A stretch of DNA of 61,768 bases, counting the filler, from Nemertoderma westbladi (Eukaryota; Animalia; Xenacoelomorpha): NCBI GenBank assembly GCA_032718475.1. It is 3 parts of 3 records of this genome, joined end to end, with 100 filler letters (N's around TTAATTAATTAA, not from the genome) between each part and the next. Parts side by side here need not be neighbours in the genome. Positions count along the whole stretch, not along the records: positions 1 to 26,075 come from JAUCBJ010005908.1; 2 more parts are not named here. One strand, written 5' to 3'. The position numbers and the translations under genes are program-made. Under the pieces are notes generated by a model that did not search any database, had not been told where the DNA came from, and saw only the letters and a list, made by a program, of their open reading frames with translations. Shown here piece by piece: positions 12,585-24,900 of this stretch; position 1 is the first letter of the stretch; each line of letters begins with the position of its first letter.

Positions 12585-12960
12585 TTTCCACAATGAGGTA
12601 GAATTTTGATGGCTCTGGAAGGTATCCTTAGGAACTGCAATAGCTCATCAAATCATCCCAGAAGGCTATTAGTTTTCCAGCTCCCAAGGAGTCATCAAAT
12701 ACCAAGACTCTCTGATATAATAATAGGTGACCGCAAATGATGAATAAGGTGAATATGGCGCGGGGGGGGGGGATACCAGAGGCATATAAAACCATGGACA
12801 GGGGGATCACCCTGCTGGGTGACTCCCTCTGTACTGAAGATAATAGCATCGGTCCCCTTCATTGTGAGGATACTATGGTACCAATAACTATTGAACAAAA
12901 ATATGGAACATGTGGCCAGCACAGAGGCAGCGTGCATTCCACAGTGCAGCAACCCGATTC
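12585..12960 (-). pseudogene. CRE-clade-like non-LTR reverse transcriptase fragment
   Basis: Across frames: IFSTEGVTQ(Q)GDP / LSMVLYASGI / FDDSLGAGKL..FWDDLMSY / GYLPEPSKFYLIV. Confidence 0.7.
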
Positions 12961-12968
12961 AGTGAGTT

Positions 12969-14008
12969 AAATGTATAAGTTAAATGTTAATGTTAAATGA
13001 ATAAACAGTATATAATAACCAGAGTAATAAAGTAAATAAAGTAATAAACAGATACAATTCATGGATATTTCCCACAGTATTACGTTTACACAACATGGGG
13101 GGGATCAATATTGCAAACAGGTTTATCAATAATTACACTCAAAGATCGGTGAATGACAGGATGGACAGAAAAAATTGCGAGATCTGGGGTAATGGGGAAA
13201 GGGAAGGGGAAATAATAACCAGGGATCTAAGCAGGAAACGATAACAAAAAATAGGAAATCAAATTATAAACAGAAAAAATATATAAAACTCATTCACTCA
13301 GAGATTGGTGGAATAACACTTTGATTACCAGATGTCAGTAAATATACAAAGCAGATAATATATTAGATCAAGACATGGGGAAAGGGGAAAGGATATGGGA
13401 AATAATAACCATGGAAGATCAAAGCAGCAAATGAGTTTAATAGAGAATGAACAGACGATGTGGGAGGAGACATGAAAGGAGTTGTGACCACCATTGTTTC
13501 ATCAGCATCAATAAGAGCATCCTTGCTACTATTTGTATCTGCTGGAGAAGGTTGAGTGAGTCACTGTTATTCGGAATTCTGAACTCAATTTAATTTTGGA
13601 TCTTAATTTACATTTCAATACATAAATAACAAAAAACGATGTGCCATATTACATAACAACTAACAGCATAGACAAATAACATGAATAAATTCTTTAGAGT
13701 TCAGATTTATAAATTATTATTACTGATAAGTAACCAGTAAATATATAGACATATATCTGTGACTTGTGTACAACAGGGTTGTATGTGCAACTGGTTGTCT
13801 AGATCTGCATTTCTATTAAACTATTGAATTTATAACACCTGCAAACAATAACATAGAGATACATTTATACATGATTGCATTTCCACTATATCTCAACCGG
13901 TTCTCAAGTGTCATATTGCTTTACAAGTTAAACATCTTATAACTTGTAATGTTATATTTATTTATCTACCTCATGGACACAACATATTAGTGATTATAAA
14001 CTGCTTGT
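12969..14008 (+). repeat. ~1.04-kb direct repeat, copy 1
   Basis: Near-identical to 17251-18282, with a few substitutions and a short GGGGAAA-type indel near 13380. Confidence 0.95.
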
Positions 14009-14244
14009 AGCTCTACCTCTGCAGTAAGAACCTGAAGTAAATCTAAGCCCTTGGGACGGACAGTGAAGTGACTCGCGCTGGTTATTGTTGTCGTTGTGTA
14101 GCTACTACGTTGGCGATAAGCACCATGACAACAGTACATCAGCGCTGAGGATCTTGCGCTGTCCGGGGGCAGTGAGGGGTAGGCAGCGACGCCCGCTAGC
14201 CTAATTATAATTAATTATAATATTGATAAACTCATATAGCAGCT

Positions 14245-15962
14245 ATGACTGAGTTGATAGAAGATGATCTTGGTATCAGGGAGCGATATTCCCTACCATT
14301 GCAAGCGTTTGTTGATAGTTTAATACGCGGCGACGCTAGTCCCACTACTATGGAGGACGATGGCCGTTATATCGAACCGCCAATGTCCAAGGAACAACTC
14401 ACGCGTGAATTGGACTATAGAAAATTCACCTCTCACTATACGCATCGTAATGGTACATATATGGACTTCTTAACTACTGGCCATCCTATCGATTTACACG
14501 ATACGGACGATGTAGACACCGAAAGGGAAATGGTTCTATTTAAATATCATACCCAGCGGAGTCGGAACGATAAACCGTGAATCGAACACGAGAATTCTAT
14601 TCGAAACCGACTCAAAAGAGAAGACGTTGAAGAGCCGGATAAACGCAGCGACTTCAACGAATATCTTGAATTCTTGAGAGAAACATATCTCAATATTGCC
14701 AGCCAACAAAATCTAGAAACTCGATATCCTCAAGGTATACATCATGACCCTATGATAGAACTCAAACGGCTCTATTTCACTATGATGTATTTTACCGCCG
14801 ATCAACCACTACCTGTTGTCCCGGATAGCTTCGAACAGATGGAGGAATATTGTAAAACTGGATAACGGTCACCCGCGTTTCCTCTACAGGACGTGCGTCT
14901 TTGGTATTATTGCGATGAATGCCCTAGACCCAACCAACAAACGGAAAGACATAAACATCCGCGGAGACGTTGCGCTAAACACAGTTTTACTCGCTATATT
15001 TATGAGAGTTTCGAGCGAAACTTGTTCGACGTATCACCTACGCTCGCTCGACTCAAACGATCCTTAAATAAACCTATGATCAGAGTTCCGGAATACTCGG
15101 TCAGGCCTCCTCACACCCTAGTGAGACCTCAGACTCTTGATCCTAATAGTATCACGGATCCTCCCGAACTGTACTCACTGTTCAAAGATCTAGTGTTACC
15201 CGAACAATTAGTCGGTGGCACTCCGGTTGTGGGCTCCCTAGATATTCGCCCATCTTACCTAGCTGGATTGGGACGCGGACACCTAATATCGCCGTTCAAC
15301 CCGTATAATCGTCCCAATCTAACCCCGATACAACCTGTCACCGAGGTGGAGGAGAGAGTTGAACGAAACGCGTTAGACACTATTCGACAAAAGATCGGAA
15401 AAGGAACCTACAATTGTTTAGAGAAACGTAAATTGCAGCAGCAAGTCCAAGCGGTAAACGAATTAGCTTTATCTCAGTTCGATCGGGAAATCCAGAACCT
15501 CTAAGAAGATATCGAACTTGGACGACCCTACTCTCTGAAAGAGTTTTGGACGAATGCTTCCAACGACAAGCGGAGGAAAATCAGCTCGAGGAGAAGCATA
15601 TCGATTTCAACAGAGCCCGAGAACGCGAGTCGGAAAGAACCATCAAACCGAGGAAATTTCTCACTACACACGGTCCACCTACCGCTCTCGTGCAAACGAC
15701 CCGTCAGGGACCAGTAAGAGCTGCTGTCTTAAAACGCGCTCTCAAGGTTGTTCGACCTCGTTCCACTGAGGTTGATACCGATCAACCGGGTACCTCGACC
15801 GGCGGATACACCGACCGTAACCCTAAACCTTCTGATGCAATTGTATTGCACCCTTCACCTAGGAGTTATAGCCCTCCTAGTAAAGTGGCTCGCCCCAAAG
15901 AGAAAAGGACTCTTGCTAGCCTCAAAAAACTGCGTAAACGCCGTTCGCATAAGAAGGACTAA
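14245..15962 (+). pseudogene. Disrupted ~570-codon ORF of unknown family
   Basis: ORFs 14245, 14674 and 14893 share one frame, separated only by single stops (TGA 14578, TAA 14863, TAA 15502), then a frameshift into 15546-15962. Cys/His cluster CDEC...HKH....C..H and a basic tail KKLRKRRSHKK. Confidence 0.7.
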
Positions 15963-17250
15963 CTGTTTAGAGTATTTTTATATTTTAGAAACTGTGATTC
16001 TTTATATTTTATAGAATTAAATCCCATTTTCTGGCAGCGGTGTAAAAGCTTTTGCGGATATAACAAGTCATTTTTCTCCGCAATGAACTGTTTAGTTGTT
16101 TTAGCGGACATAACAAGCCATTTTCTCCGCAATGTACCCTGTATGTGTTTTAGCTGACATAACAAGCCATTTTCTGCCGCAATACGCCTAATACTCTAAA
16201 AGACTGGAACTCCGATGACGAAATCTGTCAGCTGGTTTACTGTACACGTGGAGCCTCTCTTTGTTCAGGCTCGGCCAATCAGAGCGATTTTCATTTTATC
16301 TTGCACAGAGGCCTACGGAAAACCGCGCAATGCATTACGGTCTTTGTTTACCTTTCTGAGCGAGAACAACTGCTTGGAAATTCTTCTGTACTTCTGTGTT
16401 AGAAGTTTCAGACTTTGGCCAACATTAGACGGCTTTGATTATAAGAACGTAAATCTATTATCTTGTCAACTGGCTGACTGCACTGTGCAACTGTGCAACA
16501 AACCATAACAACTGGTCACATGGCACCTGCGGTACCGGTATTACCGATACTGGCTGACTATCACCGCATTATTTTACTTCTGTTTACTGTCTGTTATTAA
16601 TTGTTATATGTTGATGGATATGTTGTTATATTTGGAGGATACCGATAAATAATCATAAAACCCCCAATCTTCTTGATTACTGAAGGTAAGAGGGACCGGT
16701 TACCGGTAGCAATTGCGACTTACATTATAGTGGTATTAGTGTGAATTAAATGCCATTTCATAATCCCTACATGTGTCAGTTGCTATCCTCCTTATATATG
16801 GTCAAATTCAGTGACGGTCGGCAGATCAGTGTGCAGCAGTGTGAAGTCGTATGCAGCAGTGTGACAGATAATAAAGCATCTCCTAAAGAATGCGCTATTT
16901 ACGAAAATCAGTAGCCATCTCGTTGTGTTTAGTATAAGTCATAACTCTGTTTTTATACTTAAAGCGCCACGTCCTAAAGGAACTGTTAATATTTCCCCGA
17001 AAGTGAATAATATTGTCAGAGATTATATAGTAACGATCAATCGAATAATACAGTAGGTCTGCAACGCAATAACTTCAAAGCACCCGAATCCAGTCTCCCT
17101 TAACTGTGGGTGAATGATCGCGCATAGACTGGCTTCGGCTAATGTTACTTCATGTGCACTAAATAATTGTTATAGGCTAAAGTCGATTTATAAACAAGAG
17201 GACACCTAAAATTGGCAGGTTAAACTGCTAAAGGTCTGAAAGCGCGAACA

Positions 17251-18282
17251 AAATGTATAAGTTAAATGTTAATGTTAAATGAATAAACAGTAAATAATAA
17301 CCAGAGTAAAAAAGTAAATAAAGTAATAAACAGATACAATTCATGGATATTTCCCACAGTATTACGTTTACACAACATGGGGGGATCAATATTGCAAACA
17401 GGTTTATCAATAATTACACTCAAAGATCGGTGAATGACTGGATGGACAGAAAAAATTGCGAGATCTGGGGTAATGGGGAAAGGGAAGGGGAAATAATAAC
17501 CAGGGATCTAAGCAGGAAACGATAACAAAAAATAGGAAATCAAATTATAAACAGAAAAAATATATAAAACTCATTCACTCAGAGATTGGTGGAATAACAC
17601 TTTGATTACCAGATGTCAGTAAATATACAAAGCAGATAATATATTAGATCAAGACATGGGGAAAGGATATGGGAAATAATAACCATGGAAGATCAAAGCA
17701 GCAAATGAGTTTAATAGAGAATGAACAGACGATGTGGGAGGAGACATGAAAGGAGTTGTGACCACCATTGTTTCATCAGCATCAATAAGAGCATCCTTGC
17801 TACTATTTGTATCTGCTGGAGAAGGTTGAGTGAGTCACTGTTATTCGGAATTCTGAACTCAATTTAATTTTGGATCTTAATTTACATTTCAATTCATAAA
17901 TAACAAAAAACGATGTGCCATATTACATAACAACTAACAGCATAGACAAATAACATGAATAAATTCTTTAGAGTTCAGATTTATAAATTATTATTACTGA
18001 TAAGTAACCAGTAAATATATAGACATATATCTGTGACTTGTGTACAACAGGGTTGTATGTGCAACTGGTTGTCTAGATCTGCATTTCTATTAAACTATTG
18101 AATTTATAACACCTGCAAACAATAACATAGAGATACATTTATACATGATTGCATTTCCACTATATCTCAACCGGTTCTCAAGTGTCATATTGCTTTACAA
18201 GTTAAACATCTTATAACTTGTAATGTTATATTTATTTATCTACCTCATGGACACAACATATTAGTGATTATAAACTGCTTGT
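17251..18282 (+). repeat. ~1.03-kb direct repeat, copy 2 (lies ~120 bp 3' of the GPCR stop)
   Basis: Near-identical to 12969-14008. Confidence 0.95.
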
Positions 18283-18401
18283 TCATCTGTCAGCATGTGA
18301 GAGGTCTATAGATCACGAACGGAAACATTGATTAAATGTTTACAGCAGGTATTGAGTGTTATGCGCATTTCGTAACCAACGAAGAATAATGTCCTAGATC
18401 A

Positions 18402-19421
18402 TCAGCGATTCCTAAAATTAACAAGACGAATTTGATTTGGATTACCAAAAACACGATGCCTAAAACGGAAAACCCTTCTGCGATACGATTTATGTAAGTA
18501 GATGTAGATAAAAGGATTGACGATGGTATCAGTGTAGCTGAAGAAGGTGGCGGTGGTACTGAAATACCTGGCAAACGTATATAAACCGGTGAGATTTGCA
18601 GTGGATATCATAACTTGAAAGCTCCAAAATGGTAAGAAACTTAAAAAAAATACAAAAACCAAAAATGCAACCAATTTCGTCATTCTGATAGTCGCTTTAC
18701 GATTGGTTATGATTCTGTGACGATCCTCTTCTGACAGCGGGCGCTGGGTGTCGCGGGTTTCATTTTCACTAACTGTCCCCCATAACAAAAGGACAATAAT
18801 TTTACCATAGAAAACAGCTATGGTGATGGCCGGTAGAATGTACATAACAGAGCCAAGAACATAATTATATTTAGTGTGAGGGAAATTGGATGGCCAAGCT
18901 GACCAACAGAACTGTATTTTATTCCTGGCGTCCCCTGTGTAACGTTCTCTCATCACAGTGTACTTCAGCATTGGTACAGCCGCCACCAAACCGATAAACC
19001 AGACGCCAGCACACAATGCGTAGGTGATCCAAGTAGCCTTATGGTTGAATCCCTTGACCAGCACAAAATAACGTTCACCACTGATAATAACGCACATGTA
19101 GACTCCAGACGCCATTGATAACACGTCCATGCTGAAGATTAGTCGACAACCAGCATCACCAAACAGCCAATGGCCGTGGTAGAACTGAGTGAATCCAAAG
19201 AATGGGCATCCCGTTATGTACGTTAAATCCGCTACAGCCAAACTTAGAATAAATACATCAATGCCCAGGTGCAAACGTTTCTGTTTGGGCGTGGTTACGA
19301 TTAATCCGATTAGAGTTAAATTAGCAATGAATGATATTATAAATATTACAAAATACAATGTTCCTGCGACGTGATAAACAATATATGATCTTGGAACATC
19401 AGAAGAACCTGATTCATTCAT
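18402..19421 (-). CDS. Intronless class A peptide GPCR, urotensin-II receptor-like (339 aa)
   Basis: Seven hydrophobic helices; LAVAD, WLFGDAGCRLIFSMD, ERY, FLPFW.FQ, NPFIY. The TM3, TM6 and TM7 wording closely parallels UTS2R (WHFGDVGCRVLF.LD, SERY, FLPFWLWQ, NPFLY). Confidence 0.9.
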   Translation of the reverse strand: MNESGSSDVPRSYIVYHVAGTLYFVIFIISFIANLTLIGLIVTTPKQKRLHLGIDVFILSLAVADLTYITGCPFFGFTQFYHGHWLFGDAGCRLIFSMDVLSMASGVYMCVIISGERYFVLVKGFNHKATWITYALCAGVWFIGLVAAVPMLKYTVMRERYTGDARNKIQFCWSAWPSNFPHTKYNYVLGSVMYILPAITIAVFYGKIIVLLLWGTVSENETRDTQRPLSEEDRHRIITNRKATIRMTKLVAFLVFVFFLSFLPFWSFQVMISTANLTGLYTFARYFSTTATFFSYTDTIVNPFIYIYLHKSYRRRVFRFRHRVFGNPNQIRLVNFRNR

Positions 19422-19526
19422 AACGAATAATTCAATTATGCCCAGTTACTTGATTATACAAGCCATTACCGTCTTAGTTTAAATTATAAATTTAATTGTT
19501 ATTCAATTTTCTCACTGACATTGTAT

Positions 19527-20791
19527 GTGGGGCGAGCCACGAAGTTGGCGGAGCCTTAGCGAATTGACACTGTTAGGGGGTGGGTCAATTTATGCAAATA
19601 GTTGTCGTCGTCGTCGTCGTCGTCGTTGTCGTCGTCGTCGTTGTCGTCGTCGTCGTTGTCGTCGTCGTTACGATTTTGACATGCTAATAACTTTGTCGGA
19701 TTTAAAGCTGCCAAGTTGAAAATTTGTAGGTATCAATATAAGCAAAAGTTGAGATTTTTGAGAGACTTTCAGACACCATCAGTGCAATGGTCTCCCGCTA
19801 GAGGGCCACATGTCTAAACATTAAATGGCCACCCATTTCTTTGCTTTTAATCCGTTTAAGCTGAAACTTGGGAAGTATGTACTAGACCATTAGCTGTAAA
19901 TTTCAAAGGAGGCTAATCTGTCTGCAGTTCTCCAGTCTGCCGCTAGAGGGCGAAATGTCCCGAATGTGAAATTATTCTTCCATTTAGTTGTTTATGATCT
20001 GATTACGCTGAAACTTGTCATATATGTACTAGATGACATCCTGAGTCTTTGTGTGGATTGTAATCGGTCCGAAGTTTTCCAGTCTCCCGCTAGAGGGCCA
20101 CATGTCTAAACATTAAATGGCCACCCATTTCTTTGCTTTTAATCCGTTTAAGCTGAAACTTGGGAAGTATGTACTAGACCATTAGCTGTAAATTTCAAAG
20201 GAGGCTAATCTGTCTGCAGTTCTCCAGTCTGCCGCTAGAGGGCGAAATGTCCCGAATGTGAAATTATTCTTCCATTTAGTTGTTTATGATCTGATTACGC
20301 TGAAACTTGTCATATATGTACTAGAAGACATCCTAAGTCTTTGTGTGGACAGTAATCGGTCCGGAGTTTTCGAGTCTGCCGCTAGAGGGCGAAATGTAGG
20401 AAAGTGATAACCTTTGCGAATTCCTTGATCTTAATCTATTTAAGCTGAATTTTGGAATATACAGTACCGGTATGTACTAGACCACATGCCTCGTCTTTGT
20501 GAGGAAGGTGATCGATCCGTAGTTCTTTAATATGCCGCTAGAGGGCTAAATGTATGAAAGTGAAAACCTTCCAACATTTCGTTATTTATGATCCGTCAAT
20601 CGGAAACTTGGTAGATATGTAATAGACCATAGGCTGTGGCTTTGTAGGGAAACTAATCCTTCCTTCTTCAGTTACCCAGTCTCCCGCTAGAGGGTTAACG
20701 TTTTCCGGGAAAATCTTCTCCTATGTTTTTATAATCCTTTCGAGTTGATACTTAGCATTAACTCATTTCACGTGCTGCGCGAAGGCCCCAC
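19527..20791 (+). mobile_element. Helentron-associated (HINE/DINE-1/Pearl-like) element with a (CGT)n microsatellite and ~147-bp internal repeats
   Basis: GTGGGG...CCCCAC ends, (CGT/TGT)n at ~19601-19668, seven ~146-bp monomers organised as a 292-bp dimer. The 3' 21-mer CGTGCTGCGCGAAGGCCCCAC recurs at 3700-3720. Confidence 0.7.
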
Positions 20792-21909
20792 TTCGTGTTT
20801 AATGTATGTATGTGTGTATGTATGCTTAATTGTATTGTTCTGATTGGTGGTGGGATGTTTGGTTGGTGCAGCTATATGTTTGATTTTATATGCAATTTTG
20901 ATCTAATATACTAATGTTGATTTCTTGATTTTCTCACTGACAATTCGCAATTGCGGTGTTTCTTGATGGCATTAACAATTCAGAAACGTTTATCTTTTGT
21001 ATCTTTTTAGTGTAAAGTTAGTACTCCATTTCGTATAACATTTCGTTAATGTTGTTAGTCAATAAGTTTTCCAGTTCAGTAGGCACATTAATTCCCAGTG
21101 TTAGTAAACAGAGCACAAAAGTTCTAGCAAAAAAATAAATCCATGAAAATAACAAAATAAAACAACTTATAAGTGATAAGAATGAATGAAATCAAAATTG
21201 TAGATCCCTTTAATATCCCATTATATTTATGGGAAGGGTAACTAATGATGGAGGTGGGTTGAGCTGGATTATAAAACCGGTGCTGCTATTGGTTGAAAAT
21301 TGAATCAGATGAAAAACGTGGAGTTGTTGATGGACAAAAAGAATACGGTGTGTTACGAAGTTTGTGATCATTATAATTCAGTTTGCTGAGGACAAAAAGC
21401 CGGGACTGTCCATCTGTCTGTTTGTCTGACTGTTTTTCTGCCCAGTTCAATGTTTAAACATCAATATCTCAGAAATGGCTTGTTCAAAGTTGTTGAAATC
21501 TGGTATGCATTTAGGAGTCGAAGGTACATATTATAATTATTATGCAAGGCTCAAACTATTTCTAAATTTATTTTCATTAGCACCAATCCACCCCCACACA
21601 AAAGCCTGATCGGCTGTTATTTGACCATGGTGGTTCCAGGTATCGTGAGGCGATATAACAGGACCTCGTTTGCAATCGATAACCTTAGATGGTCGTTGAA
21701 ATTAAGTACCAGAATTTTTTAGTAATCCCTAGCCAAATGGCCTAAGGAAACTTCACTATAACTTTACTTTTGGTTTTTACTTTTGAATTCTATATGTGCT
21801 GTTGGTCCTTTACTTATCCATATAATGAGAAAAAGATGTTCGATTTTTTAATTATTGTTTGTAGATGACATGACATTGTGTATAATAACTAAGAAGGACT
21901 TTTCTTGGC

Positions 21910-24900
21910 CCTCTCCTTCTTCGTCCATCGGCAGGTCTGACACTATCCCACTACCACCTTGACCATCTTTCTGAGTTGGATTACCCAGAATGTCTTCCGG
22001 ATTTCGGTCAGGGTCTGGTTAGTACCCCCATCTAGTATAGATTTATGGGAATCCCATATGATCTGGTGGACTATTGGTGACTTGTTGGGGATTACTATCG
22101 GTTTCGGTGGAATGACTGGGCTGTTGTTGTTTAGCACTCTGGAGTTCATGACCAGGATCCTGTCATCGTCCAATTGTGGCGACAGTGCATTGAGCTCGCT
22201 GTCTTGAAGGCGTTGTTGCTTGCTGACTTGGTTTACCTTGTCTCCATACCCCTTCCTTTACTCGTACCATATCATGGCTTTGGCCGCCCCTTTCAGATCG
22301 ATGGTGGGTCTTGTTTTGGTATCCTTACCAACTCCCCTGAGGAAATCCCCGTAGGCCCTCAGATATGCTACTAGCTTCTTAGTCTTATACCAGCTGGAGC
22401 TGTAACTGAGCAACCTATCTGTTGGGTTGTCGCACGACTCTCTTGGTTTTAGTTGCGGTGGTGCTTCCTTAATCTCCCTCACTAATTGGCTGTATATTTC
22501 TTCCCCCTCCGATTCCTCTACCCATGTCCCCATCTCCTCTAGGCTCCCCGTCCATTTGTCCCATTGTCTACATATCTCACTGGGACCTCCGCGTCCCAAT
22601 CGTCTTTCAACTTATACACCTTCTCCATGTTTCCCCATGAATAACAACAGGGATGTTAGACCTAGGGGATCGTAAATCCTCACTATGTATGACACATAGC
22701 CTCGTTTAGTATGGATTCCGGCGCCCTCCTGACTTAGTTGATACTCCAACTCATCTGTCTCCCGGTTCCATACGATCCCTAGCGCCTTCTGCTGCGACTC
22801 CATCCTCTTGTCCGCCATAATCTGCCCCTTCACCCATCTTCGTATCTGGTTGTTTATCTTCTATGGCCTCCATAAATTCTTTAGAGTTGGACTGGAATTT
22901 TGTGAGGTTGAATCCCGATCCTTTTGGGATGTCGCGAACTTCGCGCCCTATGTCGAGTATTTCTTCAAATGTGTTTCCAGATCCCATCCCATCGTCCACA
23001 TAGAATCCGCGTCAAATCATGTTGATCGCTTTCTCACTGTATTCTCCCTCTTTACCCTCCACCGTGTCTCTCACAGCTGTAGTCATAGTGAACGAGGATG
23101 ACTTGGCCCCCATGTTCTGCACTACCATCTTATACATCGGTATCTCCCATGGTTCCTCGTTGCCGTTGTACCACAGGAAGCGCTGACTATCACTGTCCTC
23201 CTCCGTCACTCGCACCTGATTGAACATGCCCTCTATATCGCACGCGAAGGCGTGCTTTCCATTCCTAAATCTTAACAGGACCTCTATCCCCGAGTTGCAA
23301 ATATTGGGGCCTTCCAGCAGGTAGTCATTCAGGTTCTTGCCGTTAGTCTTGGCCGACGCGTCGACCACCATCCTTAGTTTGCCCTTCTTAGTTAGGGTCC
23401 AGAGCCACATGCAGTGGCAAATAGTGGGTCCTGTCCGTACTTGGTTCACTGACCGGTAGTTCCACGGCCCACCCTCTGTCCACATACTTCTTAATCGTCT
23501 TGTGGATGTATTCATCCTTTTCGGGGCTTCGTTTAAGTGTTTGCTTCAACTTTTGAAGCCTCATCAAGACCATTCTCTTATTGTCTGCAGGGACACCTTC
23601 AGTTGCTTCCATACTATCCCTATGGTATATCGACCCCCTTCACATTTCATTGAGTTCTTCACGATCTCTTCCGCCTGTTTATCCTCTACCGAGGTTCCGA
23701 CCCCGGTCTCCTTCAACCCCTCAAAGTCCTGCCACAGCAGCCTCTTGAGTTGTTCCTCTGCTCCTTCGTCCTCCATTTCCTTCATTGTCCCTGTGAACAT
23801 GCACCCTGAGGATTTCGACACACTAAACGGGATTCTGGTCTTAATTGGGCCGCTGAGTGTCCATCCGAACGGCGTGAGAATCACCACCGGGTCTCGCTCC
23901 CCATCCTCGCTGAATACGGTCTGTACTCTCTCGTGGGCTGTTGGGCAATCCATGCCGACTATGAGAGATACTTTCGGGACATACAGTTTGGGTACAGAGA
24001 AGTCGATGTCATCCAGGTACTGGTATTGCTCAACCTCGACCTTTGTGGGTCGCCTGGCGTTAATATTGATCGATTCTATTATCTGAATTGGTTTGATGGT
24101 AGCCCCATAATCGCATCCTAGTGTTTTCGCTGCTATCTCGCAATGTCCCGTTCTCATTCTCATGACCTCGTCCTTACTGGAGATAGTAGTTACCGCCATC
24201 TTGCTTGGCCTCGTTCGTAACCCTATCTTTTCGGCCACCCAACTTTCGCTAGCGTGAACGCTGCTACGCTATCGACCAGCATTAGCGTCGTAACCACCGA
24301 TAGCTCATCCTCCCCTATTATTCTCACTGGTACCACCCCGAGTAGTACCATTCCCCTTTTCTTCACTCCCATGGTGCTTGTCGCCATCGTCTGGCCTCCA
24401 GTCCCATCAGTCTCGTCGTATTTTACTGGCGGTTCCTGGCACTTGGCAAACCGTGTCCTCCAACCGCGCATCGATGGCATATTCCATTCTTACCAGTGTA
24501 GGCTACCCGGTCTTGTTTAAGTAACGCCTGCCAATGCTTGCAGTCTATGGTCTTATGGGCCCCATTTCTATGCAATTGACATTTGTAATCGGGATTGTAG
24601 CGTTCCTTGTATAGTGCTTCACATATTGCGCGTAGATTCATATCTAGTGGTTTAGTGTTTTGGTTATTTGGACTCGGCCTACTGGGGGTATTGGGTTTGT
24701 ATTTGTTTGTGTTGTTGTTTTGTCTCTGTCCCTGCCACGGTGTGGCACTACTCCCAGCTCCTTGTGGACTAGAAGTCCCCTGCGTGGCCGCATGCAGTAG
24801 TGACTGTCTCACTTTTGGAAATGCATCCGCCGAACTATGTTCTGGTCTAGGTCGGCTGCATTCCGCTTTCGGTACCTTACCGAGACTGTCCTCACTGTAG

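Noticed and set aside
14245-15504. Stop-codon reassignment or readthrough suggested by same-frame stops
   Set aside because: Stops are mixed TGA/TAA, a frameshift follows, and the host genes use the standard code without internal stops.
16018-16185. Repeat-spacer-like pattern (ACATAACAAGCCATTTTCTCCGCAATG) resembling CRISPR
   Set aside because: Only about three imperfect units, the spacers are related to each other, there are no cas genes, and the context is eukaryotic.
19525-19719. Protamine-like Arg/Cys-rich peptide
   Set aside because: Translation of the (CGT/TGT)n microsatellite of the HINE-like element.
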